From Mobula hypostoma (taxonomy: Eukaryota): DNA of 64,000 bases. Position 1 is the first letter of the stretch; every line of letters begins with the position of its first letter. The position numbers and the translations under genes were made by a program. This document shows, in pieces, positions 1 to 12,366 of the stretch. The stretch is taken from the NCBI RefSeq assembly GCF_963921235.1, contig NC_086097.1, positions 72,542,001 through 72,606,000 on the forward strand. The letters run 5' to 3'. The notes under the pieces were generated by a model, which saw nothing but the letters and a program-made list of their open reading frames with translations, made no database searches and was not told where the DNA came from.

Positions 1-680
1 CATAGCAACTAATATGTGCATAGTAAGCTTCTACTAGCAACAAAATAGCAATTTGTTTCAGTGGTGCTTGCTGAGTAATAATTATTATCTGGAGTTGTGG
101 AACTCCTGTGCTTCTTTGAAAATTAATATTTGATTCGTGAGAGCAAATGTCGCCACGGATTATAAAGGTTTTCCCAACCGCCAGCTGATACTTACTATCT
201 GCACAACTGCACCAGAATGTGGCCACGTGCTGGTGTGGTTGTGCCAGATAGTAAGTATAAGTTTACAATGTTGGATATGATCCCATTACCTCCTGACTCA
301 GTCATGAGTACGGCCTCATAATTGACACCTGGAGGTTCCATTCACCCTATCTGCTCATCCTCTCTGCCTTTCCTCTACCTGACTCCACTGCCTGGCAGTT
401 CAAGATTTCTTTTGCCTTTTTTTCCTGCAATATTAATACAGATAATACTTGGCAATGCATTGGGTAACTATCTGGTTTTCTTTAACTTGAACAGATGTGA
501 TTACCTTGCTCAATAAGATTGGCTGTGTGTTGTGGAACTGCTTGCAATTAATAGGTGTATTTTGTTTCTAAGTTATTATCATTATCAGTTTATAGGTTGA
601 TGATCTTTTTATTGATCCAACTGGTATTCAATTTGTAAATGCTGTTATTGTCTTGCAAAGTACATGATTCATTTATTCAC

Positions 681-893
681 CACCCAGCAACCCCCAATTT
701 AACCCTAGCCTAATAACGGGACAATTTACAATGACCAATTAACCTAACAACTGGTACATCTTTGGAGTGTAGGAAGAGACTGGAGTACCCCGAGGAAACC
801 CACTCGGTCACAGGGAGAACATACAAACTCCTACAGACAGCGTAGGGAATTTGAACCCAGGTCGCTGGCATTGTAAAGCGTTGTGCTAACCAC
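681..893 (-). mobile_element. tRNA-derived SINE (V-SINE/HE1-like)
   Basis: Reverse complement shows the GGTTAGCACAACGCTTTACA...GGGTTCAAATTCCC head, the central TCTCCCTGTGACC..GTGGGTTTCCTCGGGGTACTCCAG domain and the AGGTTAATTGGTCATTGTAAATTGTCC block shared with copies at 11161 and 32268. Confidence 0.8.
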
Positions 894-1953
894 CTTCTGT
901 TCATTCTCTTACTTTGCATTTTGTTTTATATACGTCTGCCTGACAAGAATAAACATGGATGTTGATAACAACAGACTTTATTAATAGCTTTCACATCTTG
1001 ACTGAATTTCAGATAGTTTATTACAGATTTCAGAGTAACGACAAGTGCACAATTTATAAATACGCATCTTATGGTTGATCATAATTCACGTTACAAGTGA
1101 GTTTTTGATAACCTTATGGAAAAACTGTCCTTGCATCCAAATATTTGTAAAAGTCTATTCAAAAGCTTTTAATACAAATTAATTAATTTAGGTTTAATTA
1201 TTATGCATTTATACATGCTATCAAAAACTCTTAGATTGAATGAGATGATCTCTTCCCTCTAGAGATATGAAAAATTCCCTGCTAGCTGGCAGAAATGCAC
1301 AAAGGAGTTTATATTTTCTTTGAATTTGAAGTACCATTGCATTGCCATTATCTTTCACTAATAAGTAATGAGCTTCACATCAGTGTCGGCTCTGTGACTT
1401 CATCCTGATAAATTTTCTTCTGGTTGATAAGGTATGTTCCCAGATATGATCCAAGAGCTTGATTGGATTTCTTGAGTGAATCGCTTATCTTTTCAATGTT
1501 AGATTTTTTTTAATGTTTAGTGTTCTTCTGTTTTTTTTCCTTTTGAATGTAATATTATGCACTGAAGACTTGTGGTATGAGCAATATAAACAAACTCCAG
1601 AACATTTCAAAGGTAATGTAAGTGAGTGTGATTTACAAGAGTAAGTAACCATTTCATGAGACTAGTAATCACAGGATAGATTTTAAACTAGCATTACTGC
1701 AAATTGGAAAATTGCATTTTTCCCCTTTGCACCAGAGACTTTGGCAGTCATGGCACTTGATAACGTACTGAGCAAAGTAAGGAAATTACTTCAGAGGCAA
1801 TTTCTCACAACTCTCCTGTAAGAGCTGTTCAAGGACAGCTAATATAAGATATTCCAAGCTTATTAAATGTAGCTTTGACTTGCTTGATAAAAGAAGAATG
1901 ATAAAATCGTATTTGCAATCAACCATATAACAATAATGTCTACTGACATAGCT

Positions 1954-2370
1954 TAGAAACATAGAACATAGAAAACCTACAGCACAATACAGGCTCTTTG
2001 GCCCACAAAGCTGTGCTGAACATGTTCTTACCTTAGAAATTACCTAGGGTTACCCATAGCCCTCTATTTTTCTAAGCTCCATGTAGGCATCAAGGAGTCT
2101 CTTAAATGACCCCATCGTATCTGCCTCCACCACTGCCACTGGCAGCCCATTCCACACACTCACCACTCTCTGTGTAAAAAATCTTACACCTGACATCTCC
2201 TCTGTACCTACTTCCAAGCACCTTAAATCTGTGCCCTCTCGTGGCAACCATTTCAGCCCTGGAAAAAAGCCTCTGACTATCCACACGATCAATGCCTCTC
2301 ATCATCTTGTACACCTCTATCAGGTCACCTGTCATCCTCCGTCGCTCCAAGGAGAAAAGGCTGAGCTTCT
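1954..2370 (-). mobile_element. CR1 LINE 3' fragment (RT C-terminus, 3' UTR, TTCTATG-type tail)
   Basis: Translates LSLFSLERRRMTGDLIEVYKMMRGIDRV / FFTQRVVSVWNGLP; tail gaaacatagaacatagaa at about 1955-1975; same subfamily as the 60970-64000 copy. Confidence 0.9.
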
Positions 2371-3658
2371 TGAACATCACAAAAGCAAACCAAGGTATTT
2401 CACAGAAGCACGATCAAACAAAATAATTTATATGGACCGACAATGGGAGACCGTTTGATAGATGACCAAAAGCATTGTCAAAGAAATACACACATTTTAA
2501 TAACTGTGTTAAAGGTGGAGACAATGCGTGGAGAACAAGGGATGCCAGATGGATTATATTAAAATGGTCTAAGTCTAGAAACATCAAAGACATGAATGTG
2601 AAATTTAGCAGCTGGTGAGCAAAAACGAACCAAGCGTCTGACAGCGTTAGGAATGTGAAATTTGGCAATCACTGAAAAGGTGTGGCTTTAGGTCTTGACC
2701 TTACATTAGACAAAAGTTGTGAACAAACTGATTCAGTTGATACTAAATCTATTAAAACAATCAATTTGTTTCAGCACACTGCTTACTGAAACGATAACTA
2801 TCACGATAAACAAGTTATGAACAATTGCACAACTTACCCTAAACATAAAGATAACACATGTCCATTGCTGTACAATAGTTCTCTTTACTGGTGCTCAGTT
2901 TGTTGGAGTATAGGATGGATGTTGTTTTAAAAAGTTATACTCCTGAGTATAAAATTGAATCAAGGCAATTAGGTTATGTGCATTGTGATAAAACAATATT
3001 AATAGAGCATTTGTAAATTGAACAGATCTGCATGAAGTTTTTTGCTTGACTGTCAGTACAATGCTAATAAGCTGCATAAATTATTTGCAAAATATTCCTT
3101 TTGCATAAAATTGTCATTTTGCAATGGAACTCTCCCTGTTTGTATCTTCAATTCTTGAAGGTAATTGTGAATATTCGGCAGGCTGGTTGCAGAAATTTAA
3201 GAAAAAGCACTGCATTAAATTTTTAAAGCTTCTGCTGATTGTGAAAAACTAGCACCAAAACAAGTCTATGATGCTAGGTGTTTTTTACCTTACATAACAG
3301 CATTAAATTTTTAAAGTGCCGCTGATGAAAATCGAACACACCAGAACAAGTCTGGGAATGTGGGTGGCAGAATAAGAATCAGATTTATTATCTTTGTCAA
3401 ATGACATGAAATTTGTTGTTTGCAGCAGCAGTGCAGTGCAAAGACATAAAACTATAAATTACAAGAATAAATAATAGAGAAGATGGTGCTGGTGAACCAC
3501 AGCGATGTATTACAGACAGCTTACAAAACTTCTAAATGTACTCTCACTGCAATCTGCAGCCTATAATTTCCTTTAAGTAACATACTTTTGAACTGTCTTA
3601 ACAAACTAGTGATTCAGCGGATTTGACTGTCAAGCATGCAGGAACAGCATCTCTAATC

Positions 3659-4311
3659 AGCGCGGCCACTCCGGTGAATGATATCTGTAATCTGTCAAGT
3701 AGGGGACCGTGCATAATCCTGATTTAATGGAGATAGACGTCAGAGTATGGAGGAACATCTGGAGAAACTTCTGAAATGCCCGCTTTGCTACCGCTGCTGC
3801 TGTGTGGTAACCAGAATCTATGGAGCAGAAGGCCCCGAAATTCTTAGCTTTGCTTGTTTCAGCGGCCGGGGCTAGGTCGAAGGTGCTCAGCAGAGGATGG
3901 CGCTCGGGAGGCTGTATCAGAGGGGCTGGTTGGGAGCTCCAAGTTTTCAGATGGATGGTCTCAGTGTCACCTGTTGTTGGGTGCTTCCAATGCATCGGCA
4001 GTTGTCGGTGCCTGGAGGTTTATAGCAGGGAGTTTCTCCCTTTTGCCGCCTGCTATCGGGGACTCGGGAGTTGATCGGGACTTTGAGACTTTTTTTTTTA
4101 CCGTGCCCATGGTCTGCTGTTCATTAAATTATGGTATTGCTTTGCACTGCTGTAACTATATGTTATAATTATGTAGTTCTGTCAGTGTTGGTCTTTGGTT
4201 TGTCCTGTTTTTCTGTGATATCACTCTGGAGGAACATTGTATCATTTCTTAATGCATGCATGCATTTCTAAATGACAATAAACGAGGACTGAGTGTTCTC
4301 ATAATTTAATC
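3659..4311 (+). mobile_element. GC-rich non-autonomous retroposon-like insert
   Basis: Abrupt CpG-rich block ending in AATAAACGAGGACTGAGTGTTCTCATAATTTAATC; TAATC at both junctions (3654-3658 and 4307-4311); no recognisable ORF. Confidence 0.5.
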
Positions 4312-5451
4312 GGACAAAGGTACATTGCCATGGCTGAAAGAGAGAGTGGAGGGGAGGACTCCAAGTCAGACAGGAACACAGAGGTATGAAACTTCCTCCA
4401 CCCAACATCTTGTTAGCAAACATACAGTAGCTGGAGAACAAGACTGAGAACCTCAGGGCAAGATTGCTGCATTGGACAGAAATGAGGAATTGCTGTGTTC
4501 TCTGTTTCACAAAGAAATCAATATATCACCTACAGTAGCAGGGGTCTCAACACACTTGCGCACCGCTATAGTGCCTACCATTCCATCCTGAGACTGCATT
4601 TTGTAAAATCTGATTACTTGACTGTCCTCCTTCTACCTGCTTACAGGCAGAGGCTAAAGAGAAAGCCTCAGAGATAAGGACAACAAAGAGATGGTCGCAG
4701 GAGGCAGAGGAGCGTCTATGGGATTGCTTCAAGTCAGTGGACTGGGCCATGTTGAAGTACTCATAAGAGGACCTGAACAAAGACACCAAGATGGTCACAG
4801 ACCTTATAAAAATAGTCGAAGGCGAATGTGTCCCACAAAATCATTCCGAGCCTTCCCCAACCAGAAGTCCTGGATGAACCATGAAATCTGCAATCTGCTG
4901 AGGGCCAGATCAGAGGCTTTCAGGTATGGCGACCAAACGAAATACAAGAGGTCCAAGTGCGATCTCTGAAAAGCTATCTCATGTGCCAAGTGGCAATTCT
5001 GCACCAAATTTAAATCACTGAAAGATGCTCGATAGCTGTAGCAGGGCTTGAATGCCTGTCACCTCTAGCAAAGTGAAGCCAAGTGACGTACATAGGTGAC
5101 AACAAGGCTTTGCTCCCAGATAAGCTCAACGTCTTTTATGCTCACGTTGACTGTCAAAGCATGGAGCTCTGATACGCTGTGGATTTCATTCTCTGATGCC
5201 AATGTGGACCCACAGAATAAATCTGACCTAGATCAGAGTACCAGGCCAAACACAAAATACCTGTGCTGATTAACTGCCTGGAGTGTTCTCTGATATCTTT
5301 AAGCTCTCACTTCAGCATTCTGAGCTACCCACCTGCTTTGATTATACCAGTGCCCGAGAAGAACGTGGTAACCTACCACAGTAACTACCATCAGCAACAC
5401 TTACATACATAGCAATGAAGTGTTTTGAGAGGTTGACGATGAAACGTATCA

Positions 5452-5757
5452 AAATCAGGTTTATCATCACTGGCATGTGACGTGAAATTTGTTAACTTAG
5501 CAGCAGCAGTTCAATGCATACATAATCTAGAAGAGAAAAAAATAATTAAATTAAATTAAAATAATAAATAAACAAGTAAATCGAATAAACAAGTAAACAA
5601 GTATGCGTATATTGAATAGATTTTTTTTTAAAGTGCGAAATCTGAAATAGTATATATTAAAAAGAAAGTGAGGTAGTGTCCAAGGGGTCAATGTCCATTT
5701 AGGAATCGGGTGGCAGAGGGGAAGAAGCTGTTTCTGAATCGCTGAGTGTGTGCCTTC
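5452..5757 (-). mobile_element. Rex1-like LINE 3' end nested in the + strand Rex1 copy
   Basis: Begins AATCAGGTTTATCATCACTGGCATG..GTGAAATTTGTT (same tail type as 3375-3470 and 60545-60615); the reverse strand encodes RFRNSFFPSATRFLN. Confidence 0.7.
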
Positions 5758-7129
5758 AACTCCTGCCTGAGAAGCAACTTGGATCTGCTCCAATTTGCCT
5801 ACCATCACAAAAAGGTCAACAGTAGATGCCATTTCATTGGCTCTTCACTCAACACTGGAACACCTGGACAGTAAAAATGCAGACATCAGGATGCTCTTCA
5901 TTGACTACAGCTCGACATTCTATACTATCATCCACTCAAAACTAATCAATAAACTCCAAGACATTGGCCTCAATATCTCCTTGTGCAATTTTCTCACTTG
6001 CAGACCATAGCCAGTTTGGATTCGCAACAACATCTCCATAGTCTCCATCAGCATAAGTGCACCCCAAGGATGTATGCTTAGCCCCTGCTCTACTTGCTTT
6101 ATACAGTACTTATGTCAGTGCGGCTGAACACAGTTCCAATGCCATATTTAAGTTTGCTGGTGACTCCACTGCCATTAGCCAAATCAAGTGTGGTGACAAC
6201 TCAGCATATAGGAGGGAGATTGAAAATATGGCTGAGTGGAGCCACAACAATAATAATACCAATGAGCTGAATATTGACATCAGGAAGAGGAAACTGGAGG
6301 TCCATGAGCCAGTCCTCATTAGGGAATCAGAGGTGGAGAAGGTCAGCAATTCTAAATTTCTCAGTGTCAACATTTCAGAGGATCTATCCTGGTCCCAGCA
6401 CGTAAGTGCCATTACAACGAAAGCACAGCAGTGCTGCTACTTAAGGTTTTGCAAAGATTCAGCATGTCATCTAAAACTTTGACAAACTTCTTTGGAGGTA
6501 TGGTGGAGAGTATATTGACTGGTTGCATCACGACTTGCCATGGAAAAACCAATGCCCTTGAATGGAAGAGCCGACAAACCTATTAGATATGATTGCCCAA
6601 TCCATCACAGGTAAAGCCCTCCCCACCGTTGAGCTCATCTACAAGGATCACTGTCACAGGAAAGCAGCATCCATCATCAAAAACCCCTCCCATCCAGGCC
6701 TTTCCTTCCTCTCACTGGTGCCATCAGGAAGGAGGTACAGGAACCCCGGGACTCACACCACCAGGTTCAGGAACAGTTATTATCCCTCAACCATCAGGCT
6801 CTTGAACCAGAGGGGATAACTTCACTCAACTTCACTTACCCCTTCACTGAACCGTTCTCACAACCTATGAACTCACTTTCAAGGACTCTTCATCTCATAT
6901 TCTCAAAATTTATTGCTTATTTATTTATTTATTTATTTGTTTGTTTGTTTGTTTGTTATTTTGTATTTTGCACATTGGTTGTTTGTCCTTTTGGGTGTGG
7001 TCTTTCAATGGTTCTATGTGTTTCATGGATTTACAATGAATGCCCACAACAAAATGAATCTCAGGTTTAAATAAGCTGACATACAATATATGTACCTTGA
7101 CAGGAAATTTGTTTTCAACTTTGAACTTA

Positions 7130-7880
7130 AATAAACATCCAAGAAAAAGAATAGCAATGTACTCTTCATGGACATTCAGACATCTAATGAATGGATGAAA
7201 AGAAGCTGTTCCTGAATTTTTTAGTATGGGTCTTCAAGCTCTTGTGCCTCCTCCCTTAAGGTAGTTATGACAAGAGGGCATGCCTCAGATAATGACAGTC
7301 CTTAATAAGAGATGCTGCATTCTTGAGGTACCAACTCTTGAAGTTGTCCTTGATACAGTGGATGGAGCTGACTATTGTGATCCCATGCAAAAGGGGCTAC
7401 ATACTAAGCTATGATGCAGCCAGTCAGAATGCTCTCCACTGTACATTTGTGGAAACCTGTAAGAGTCTTTGGTGATGTACTAAATCCAGCTGAGGTGCCA
7501 GCATGTCTGCTTCGTGATTGCATTGATGTCTTTAGCCCAGGATAGATCCTTCGAGGTAATAACATCCAGAACTTGAAGCAAGTTTGTTGTGACATCACTC
7601 AACCAGTTGCTTTATCTCGCTCCATTAAGCCCCCTTATCACCAAATGAGATTCTGCCAAAAACAGTGGTGCCATTGGTGTCTTTACAGATGGCATTTGAA
7701 CTGTGCTTAGCTACACTGGCGTGAGGGTAGCGAGAGTGGAGCAGTGGGCTAGGTACATATCCTTGTGGTGCCCTGTGTTGATAATCAATGAAGAGATGTT
7801 ATTTCCAGTTTGTACTGACTGTAATCTCTGGCAATGAAGTTGAGGATCCAAGTACAGAGGCCCAAGTTTTAAAATTTGGT
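7130..7880 (-). mobile_element. Rex1-like LINE fragment (RT C-terminus)
   Basis: Reverse strand gives SPKTLTGFHKCTVESILTGCIIA and further decayed RT motifs. Confidence 0.65.
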
Positions 7881-8179
7881 TGGTTTGAGCTGGAGCTCCA
7901 CAGCATCAAAGATGTTTGCTTTCTGATACAGTGATACCTAGTGGCAAAGATAATTTTTGATAAATATCAAAGCCAAGGAGTACCAATAAATAAAGGCACT
8001 CAAAACTAAAATGAAATTGAACTATAACTTCAAAGAGTGGTGAGATTATTAACCACATAACTATGAGTTATACTATTAACATTGCTGTCTATTCAGTGAT
8101 GCCTGGATTCAGTCCATTACTTAATGTGATTAGGTAAAATAGTGCCCAGGTAACACTATTTCAGAATATTCAAAAGAGA

Positions 8180-8894
8180 AAATGCAAAAAAAGAGGGGGA
8201 ATAACACAAATAAATAAATAGACGATAAATATCAAGGACATGAGATTGTAGAATCCTTCAAAGTGAGTCCATAGATTGTGGAATCAGTTCAGTGTTAGGG
8301 TGAGTGAAGTTATCCCCTCTGGTTCAAGAGTCTGTTTGTTGAGGGGTAATAACTGTTCCTGAACCTGCTGGTGTGGGACCTGAGGCCCATATACCAACTT
8401 CCTGATGGCACCAGTGAGAAGAATGCATGGCCTAGATGATGGGGCTCTTTGATCATAGATACAGCTTTCCTGCGACAGCACTCCTTGTAGATGTATTCAA
8501 TGGTGGGGAGGGCCTTACCCATGATGGACTTCTTGTAGACCTTTCCCTTCGAGGGCATTGGTGTTTCCATTCCAAGCCACGATGCAAAGAGTCAGTGTAC
8601 TCGCATCTATAGAAGTTTGTCAAGGCAAACCTCTAAGAATGTAGAGGTGCTGCGGTGTCTTCTTTGTAACTGCACTTGTGTACTGGACCCAGGACAGGTC
8701 CTCTGAAATGACAACACTGAAGAATTTGAAGTTGCTGACTCCCTCCACCTCTGATCCCCCAATGAAGACTAGCTCATGGACCTCTGGTTTCCTCCTCCAG
8801 CAGTCAATAATCAGCTCCCTGGTTTAGCTGAAACTGAGTGTGAGGTTGTTGTTGTGACACCACTCAGTCAGATTTTCAGTCTCCCTCCTACATG
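8180..8894 (-). mobile_element. Rex1-like LINE 3' fragment
   Basis: KALPTIEYIYKECCRRKAVSMIKEPHHLGHAFFSLVPSG..HTSRFRNSYYPSTNRLLNQRG; inverted homologue of about 6200-6900. Confidence 0.8.
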
Positions 8895-8908
8895 CTAATT
8901 CATCAACA

Positions 8909-9202
8909 TCAAACTTGCTGGTGAACGCAGCAGGCCAGGCAGCATCTCTAGGAAGAGGTACAGTTGACGTTTCAGGCGGAGACCCTTCGTCAGGACTAAC
9001 TGAAAGAAGAGCGAGTAAGAGATTTGAAAGTGGGAGGGGGAGGGGGAGATCCAAAATGATAGGAGAAGACAGGAGGGGAAGGGATGGAGCCAAGAGCTGG
9101 ACCTCTTCATAGAGATGCTGCCTGGCCTGCTGCGTTCACCAGCAACTGTTATGTGTGTTGCTTGAATTTCCAGCATCTGCAGATTTCCTCGTGTTTGCGT
9201 TT
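8909..9202. mobile_element. PLE 3'-end insertion with partial inversion and 14-bp TSD
   Basis: CTAATTCATCAACA at 8895-8908 and 9203-9216; 8909-9101 is antisense and 9102-9202 sense of the same terminal sequence as 10471-10870; hammerhead-like motif on the - strand at 8961-8998. Confidence 0.8.
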
Positions 9203-10160
9203 CTAATTCATCAACAGCTTCTTTTCTATGGTTAAGCTTACATATCTGACACATTTCTAGCACCAGACATGCATGAAATGTAATTATTACTCTTGTAAAT
9301 TTCCTTTTGGAGATGATATCAAGTTCACCCAGTAATGCTGGTTACTCAGGAACCTGGGACTTAAATTTTCAAGACTGACCAAATCTGCCTCAACGTAAGG
9401 GGAAGCCAGCCCTCTATTCATTTCAAACCCGCACTCGTGTAGCTGCTCTGTCCAAATCATTTGATCACACCCCAGGCCCCAAAGTCATTACCTGTATATT
9501 GGGTAACTGAAACTCTGATCTAAGCCACTCAGACTTGGTGTTGAATCAGAGACCACATTCATTTCATTAGATATTTTCAAACTGAAGACTGGAGAATGTA
9601 AGTGTTTTTTCAAAACTTGATTAACATCATATTTAATGGCTTTATTGATTATTATCAGATCTGATGTATTTTAAATCGCACATTATTTTTATTCAATAAT
9701 TTACAACTAATTAATTATTTTCAATTTCAAAAACTCATTCTTCTTGTTTTCTTCTGGAAGGGAATGGCACATAAGCATTGCTCCCTTCTGAAATCTGCAG
9801 CCTCTAGTCTTGACGTGATGCAGAGAGTGTAATCTGATCTTAAGTTTGTTTTCATGTGCAGTCTGGTGACCTTCTGAAAACTGCTTGTGTTAGTCATTGA
9901 TCAATCCATATCACTTCCCATCTGTCATTTAATGGAGAATTAATGTTTTCAATCTGAAGACTCCCCCGAGCCCCTTCCATAGCAGTAGTTCGGTGTCCTT
10001 GTTAAAGCAAGCCCCTAGAGAACAGTAACAGCAGAATAGGAAACAGTAAGATGTAAAATATGAACCAAACCATTGGTAAAAGACACTTTGGATATAAAGC
10101 AACATACATCAAAGTTGCTGGTGAACGCAGCAGGCCAGGCAGCATCTATAGGAAGAAGCG

Positions 10161-10198
10161 CAGTCGACGTTTCAGGCCGAGACCCTTCGTCAGGACTA
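10161..10198 (-). ncRNA. Minimal type-I hammerhead ribozyme motif (mirror copy)
   Basis: Reverse complement UAGUC-CUGACGA-AGGGUCUCGGCCU-GAAA-CGUC-GACUG, identical to the + strand copy at 10736. Confidence 0.75.
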
Positions 10199-10735
10199 AC
10201 TGAAGGAAGAGTGAGTAAGGGATTTGAAAGCTGGAGGGGGAGGGGGAGATGCAAAATGATAGGAGAAGACAGGAGGGGGAGGGATAGAGCCAAGAGCTGG
10301 ACAGGTGATAGGCAGAAGGGGGTACGAGAGGATCATGGGACAGGAGGTCCGGGAAGAAAGACGGGGGGGGGGTGACCCAGAGGATGGGCAAGAGGTATAT
10401 TCAGAGGGACAGAGGGAGAAAAAGGAGAGTGAGAGAAAGAATGTGTGCATTAAAAAGAGTAACAGATGGGGTTACTCTTTTTAATGCACACATTCTTTCT
10501 CTCACTCTCCTTTTTCTCCCTCTGTCCCTCTGAATATACCTCTTGCCCATCCTCTGGGTCACCCCCCCCCCGTCTTTCTTCCCGGACCTCCTGTCCCATG
10601 ATCCTCTCGTACCCCCTTCTGCCTATCACCTGTCCAGCTCTTGGCTCTATCCCTCCCCCTCCTGTCTTCTCCTATCATTTTGCATCTCCCCCTCCCCCTC
10701 CAGCTTTCAAATCCCTTACTCACTCTTCCTTCAGT

Positions 10736-10773
10736 TAGTCCTGACGAAGGGTCTCGGCCTGAAACGTCGACTG
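10736..10773 (+). ncRNA. Minimal type-I hammerhead ribozyme motif (PLE type)
   Basis: Stem I AGUC/GACU, core CUGACGA (10741-10747), short stem II, GAAA (10761-10764), palindromic ACGU mini stem III and GUC triplet; predicted cleavage after 10768. Confidence 0.8.
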
Positions 10774-11160
10774 CGCTTCTTCCTATAGATGCTGCCTGGC
10801 CTGCTGCGTTCACCAGCAACTTTGATGTATGTTGCTTGAATTTCCAGCATCTGCAGAATTCCTGTTGTTTGGATATAAAGCATGTACTTTTTTTTGGAAC
10901 AACAACATAGATTATTTTTCCAGTTAATCTGAATTTTCTAACTGTAATCAATGACCAATACTCAAGAAAAACTTCAAAACCATAAATAAGTAGATAATTT
11001 GAACAGAAATATTTCATATGGAGGCTGATGACAATAAATAATTATTTACCAGGAACAGATATTTAGTTGAAATTATTAAGAAATGTTGAGACTTATGATG
11101 TATGTTGGGTTAACATTAGTTAGAGATAAAAAGTTATTGCTAAAATTCTTATTTGGTTTA

Positions 11161-11420
11161 GGGGCAGTATGGTAGCATGATGGTTAGCACAATGCTTTAC
11201 AGAACCAGTGACCCAGGTTCAATTTCCACCACTGACTCATAAGCAGCTGGTACATTCTCCTTGTGACTGCATGGGATTCCTCCCATATTCTGAAGACATA
11301 CTGGTTAGTAGGTTAATTGGTCATTGTAAATTGTCCGATGATTAGGCCAGGGTTAAATCGTGGGTTGCTGGGCAGTGCTGCTCGAAGGGCCTATTCCTCA
11401 CTGTATTTCAATAAATAAAC
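11161..11420 (+). mobile_element. tRNA-derived SINE (V-SINE/HE1-like)
   Basis: A-box-like TAGCATGATGG, B-box-like GGTTCAATTTCC, shared central and 3' blocks, and an AATAAATAAA tail. Confidence 0.8.
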
Positions 11421-12237
11421 AGACAAGTAAATAAAAATCTTAACTGGAGAGTTTTAAAATGCAAGGCATTTCCAACATGCAGGTACTGAAAGTCAACTAG
11501 GGATCAGTTGTTTAAGTCATTCAGTGTCCTATTTTAAAATCACTATGATGTAAAATGAATTAGTCAGTATCTTGACTCTGGTGCATTATTAATTTATTTG
11601 AAGCTCCATTCTGACCTATCGTATGTCAAAATGACTGAAAACTTAAAATTTGCTCTCATGGTAATTCTGTTGAATTGCAGTGCCAACACTCATGGTAATT
11701 GTAGAAAATCAAAACCTGACTGTTACATGAAAATATTTATAGCACCCAGCCTGACTTTTTTTCAAGGCAAGTTGAAGCAAATTTGTGATTTGGTCATGCT
11801 GGTCAAGTCTGCTTTCATTTTAATGTAGTTACTATATGTGTAATGATTTTATGTTTTGGTGCAACTTTTCACTATTTTTGTGGCTCACAATGCCATGCTT
11901 TCTATTGAAATTTGGAATTGGTGGCACTTGAATGATTGATTGAATGAGTGATTGAATGCAATTGTCTCTTGTAAGTGAAAATTAGTGAGTCATCACAGCA
12001 TGGCACATTTTAATCATTTTGTAAGGTCTAAGGAGAACCTCAAATAACCAAAATCATCATCATCTACTCTATCTTACATATTATTGTCCACATTCTACAT
12101 GTTACTTTGCTATAACCTAAGAATCCTTGGAGGCATATATTGCATTACTTCAGGCAGTTCTGTTACATCCTCGTTGTCCGTATTATAAAGCCATTTGAGT
12201 GACCTTAAAGAGAAAACTTGAAGTTATTCTCAGTAAC

Positions 12238-12366
12238 ACAAGCACAGGAAAATCTGCAGATGCTGGACAGGTCCTGGTGAAAGGTCTCAGCCTGAAATGT
12301 CGACTGTTTATTTCTTTCCATAGATGCTGCCTGACCTGCTGAGTTCCTCCAGCATTTTCCATGTGC
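12238..12366. mobile_element. Short rearranged PLE terminal fragment with 13-bp TSD
   Basis: TATTCTCAGTAAC at 12225-12237 and 12367-12379; the inverted extreme terminus (GGAAAATCTGCAGATGCTGGA) is joined to a sense degenerate hammerhead (CTGGTGA..GAAATGTCGAC, 12271-12306). Confidence 0.75.

Larger units (their letters stand above)
3480..7128 (+). mobile_element. Decayed Rex1/Babar-like non-LTR retrotransposon, interrupted by insertions at 3659-4311 and 5452-5757
   Basis: RT remnants [45 protein letters not shown] (FADD box) and HTTRFRNSYYPSTIRLLN; (TTTA)/(TTTG)-rich 3' UTR at 6918-6960; many stops and frameshifts. The 5' boundary is uncertain. Confidence 0.75.
10097..10870. mobile_element. 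PLE 3'-end fold-back insertion: 367-bp inverted arms, 7-nt loop, 15-bp TSD
   Basis: 10097-10463 is the reverse complement of 10471-10837 (loop AGATGGG); mirrored ORF translations are identical; TTTGGATATAAAGCA at 10087-10101 and 10868-10882. Confidence 0.9.

Noticed and set aside
4251..4266. AATGCATGCATGCATT palindrome with overlapping UGCAUG (RBFOX) motifs
   Set aside because: Lies inside a repeat-like insert more than 12 kb from the nearest visible exon; no support for function.
10015..11017. Mirrored ORF pairs in the palindrome
   Set aside because: Low-complexity translations arising from the inverted repeat; no domain similarity recognised.
11161..11240. tRNA-like A/B boxes
   Set aside because: Head of a SINE; no complete cloverleaf, so not called as a tRNA gene.
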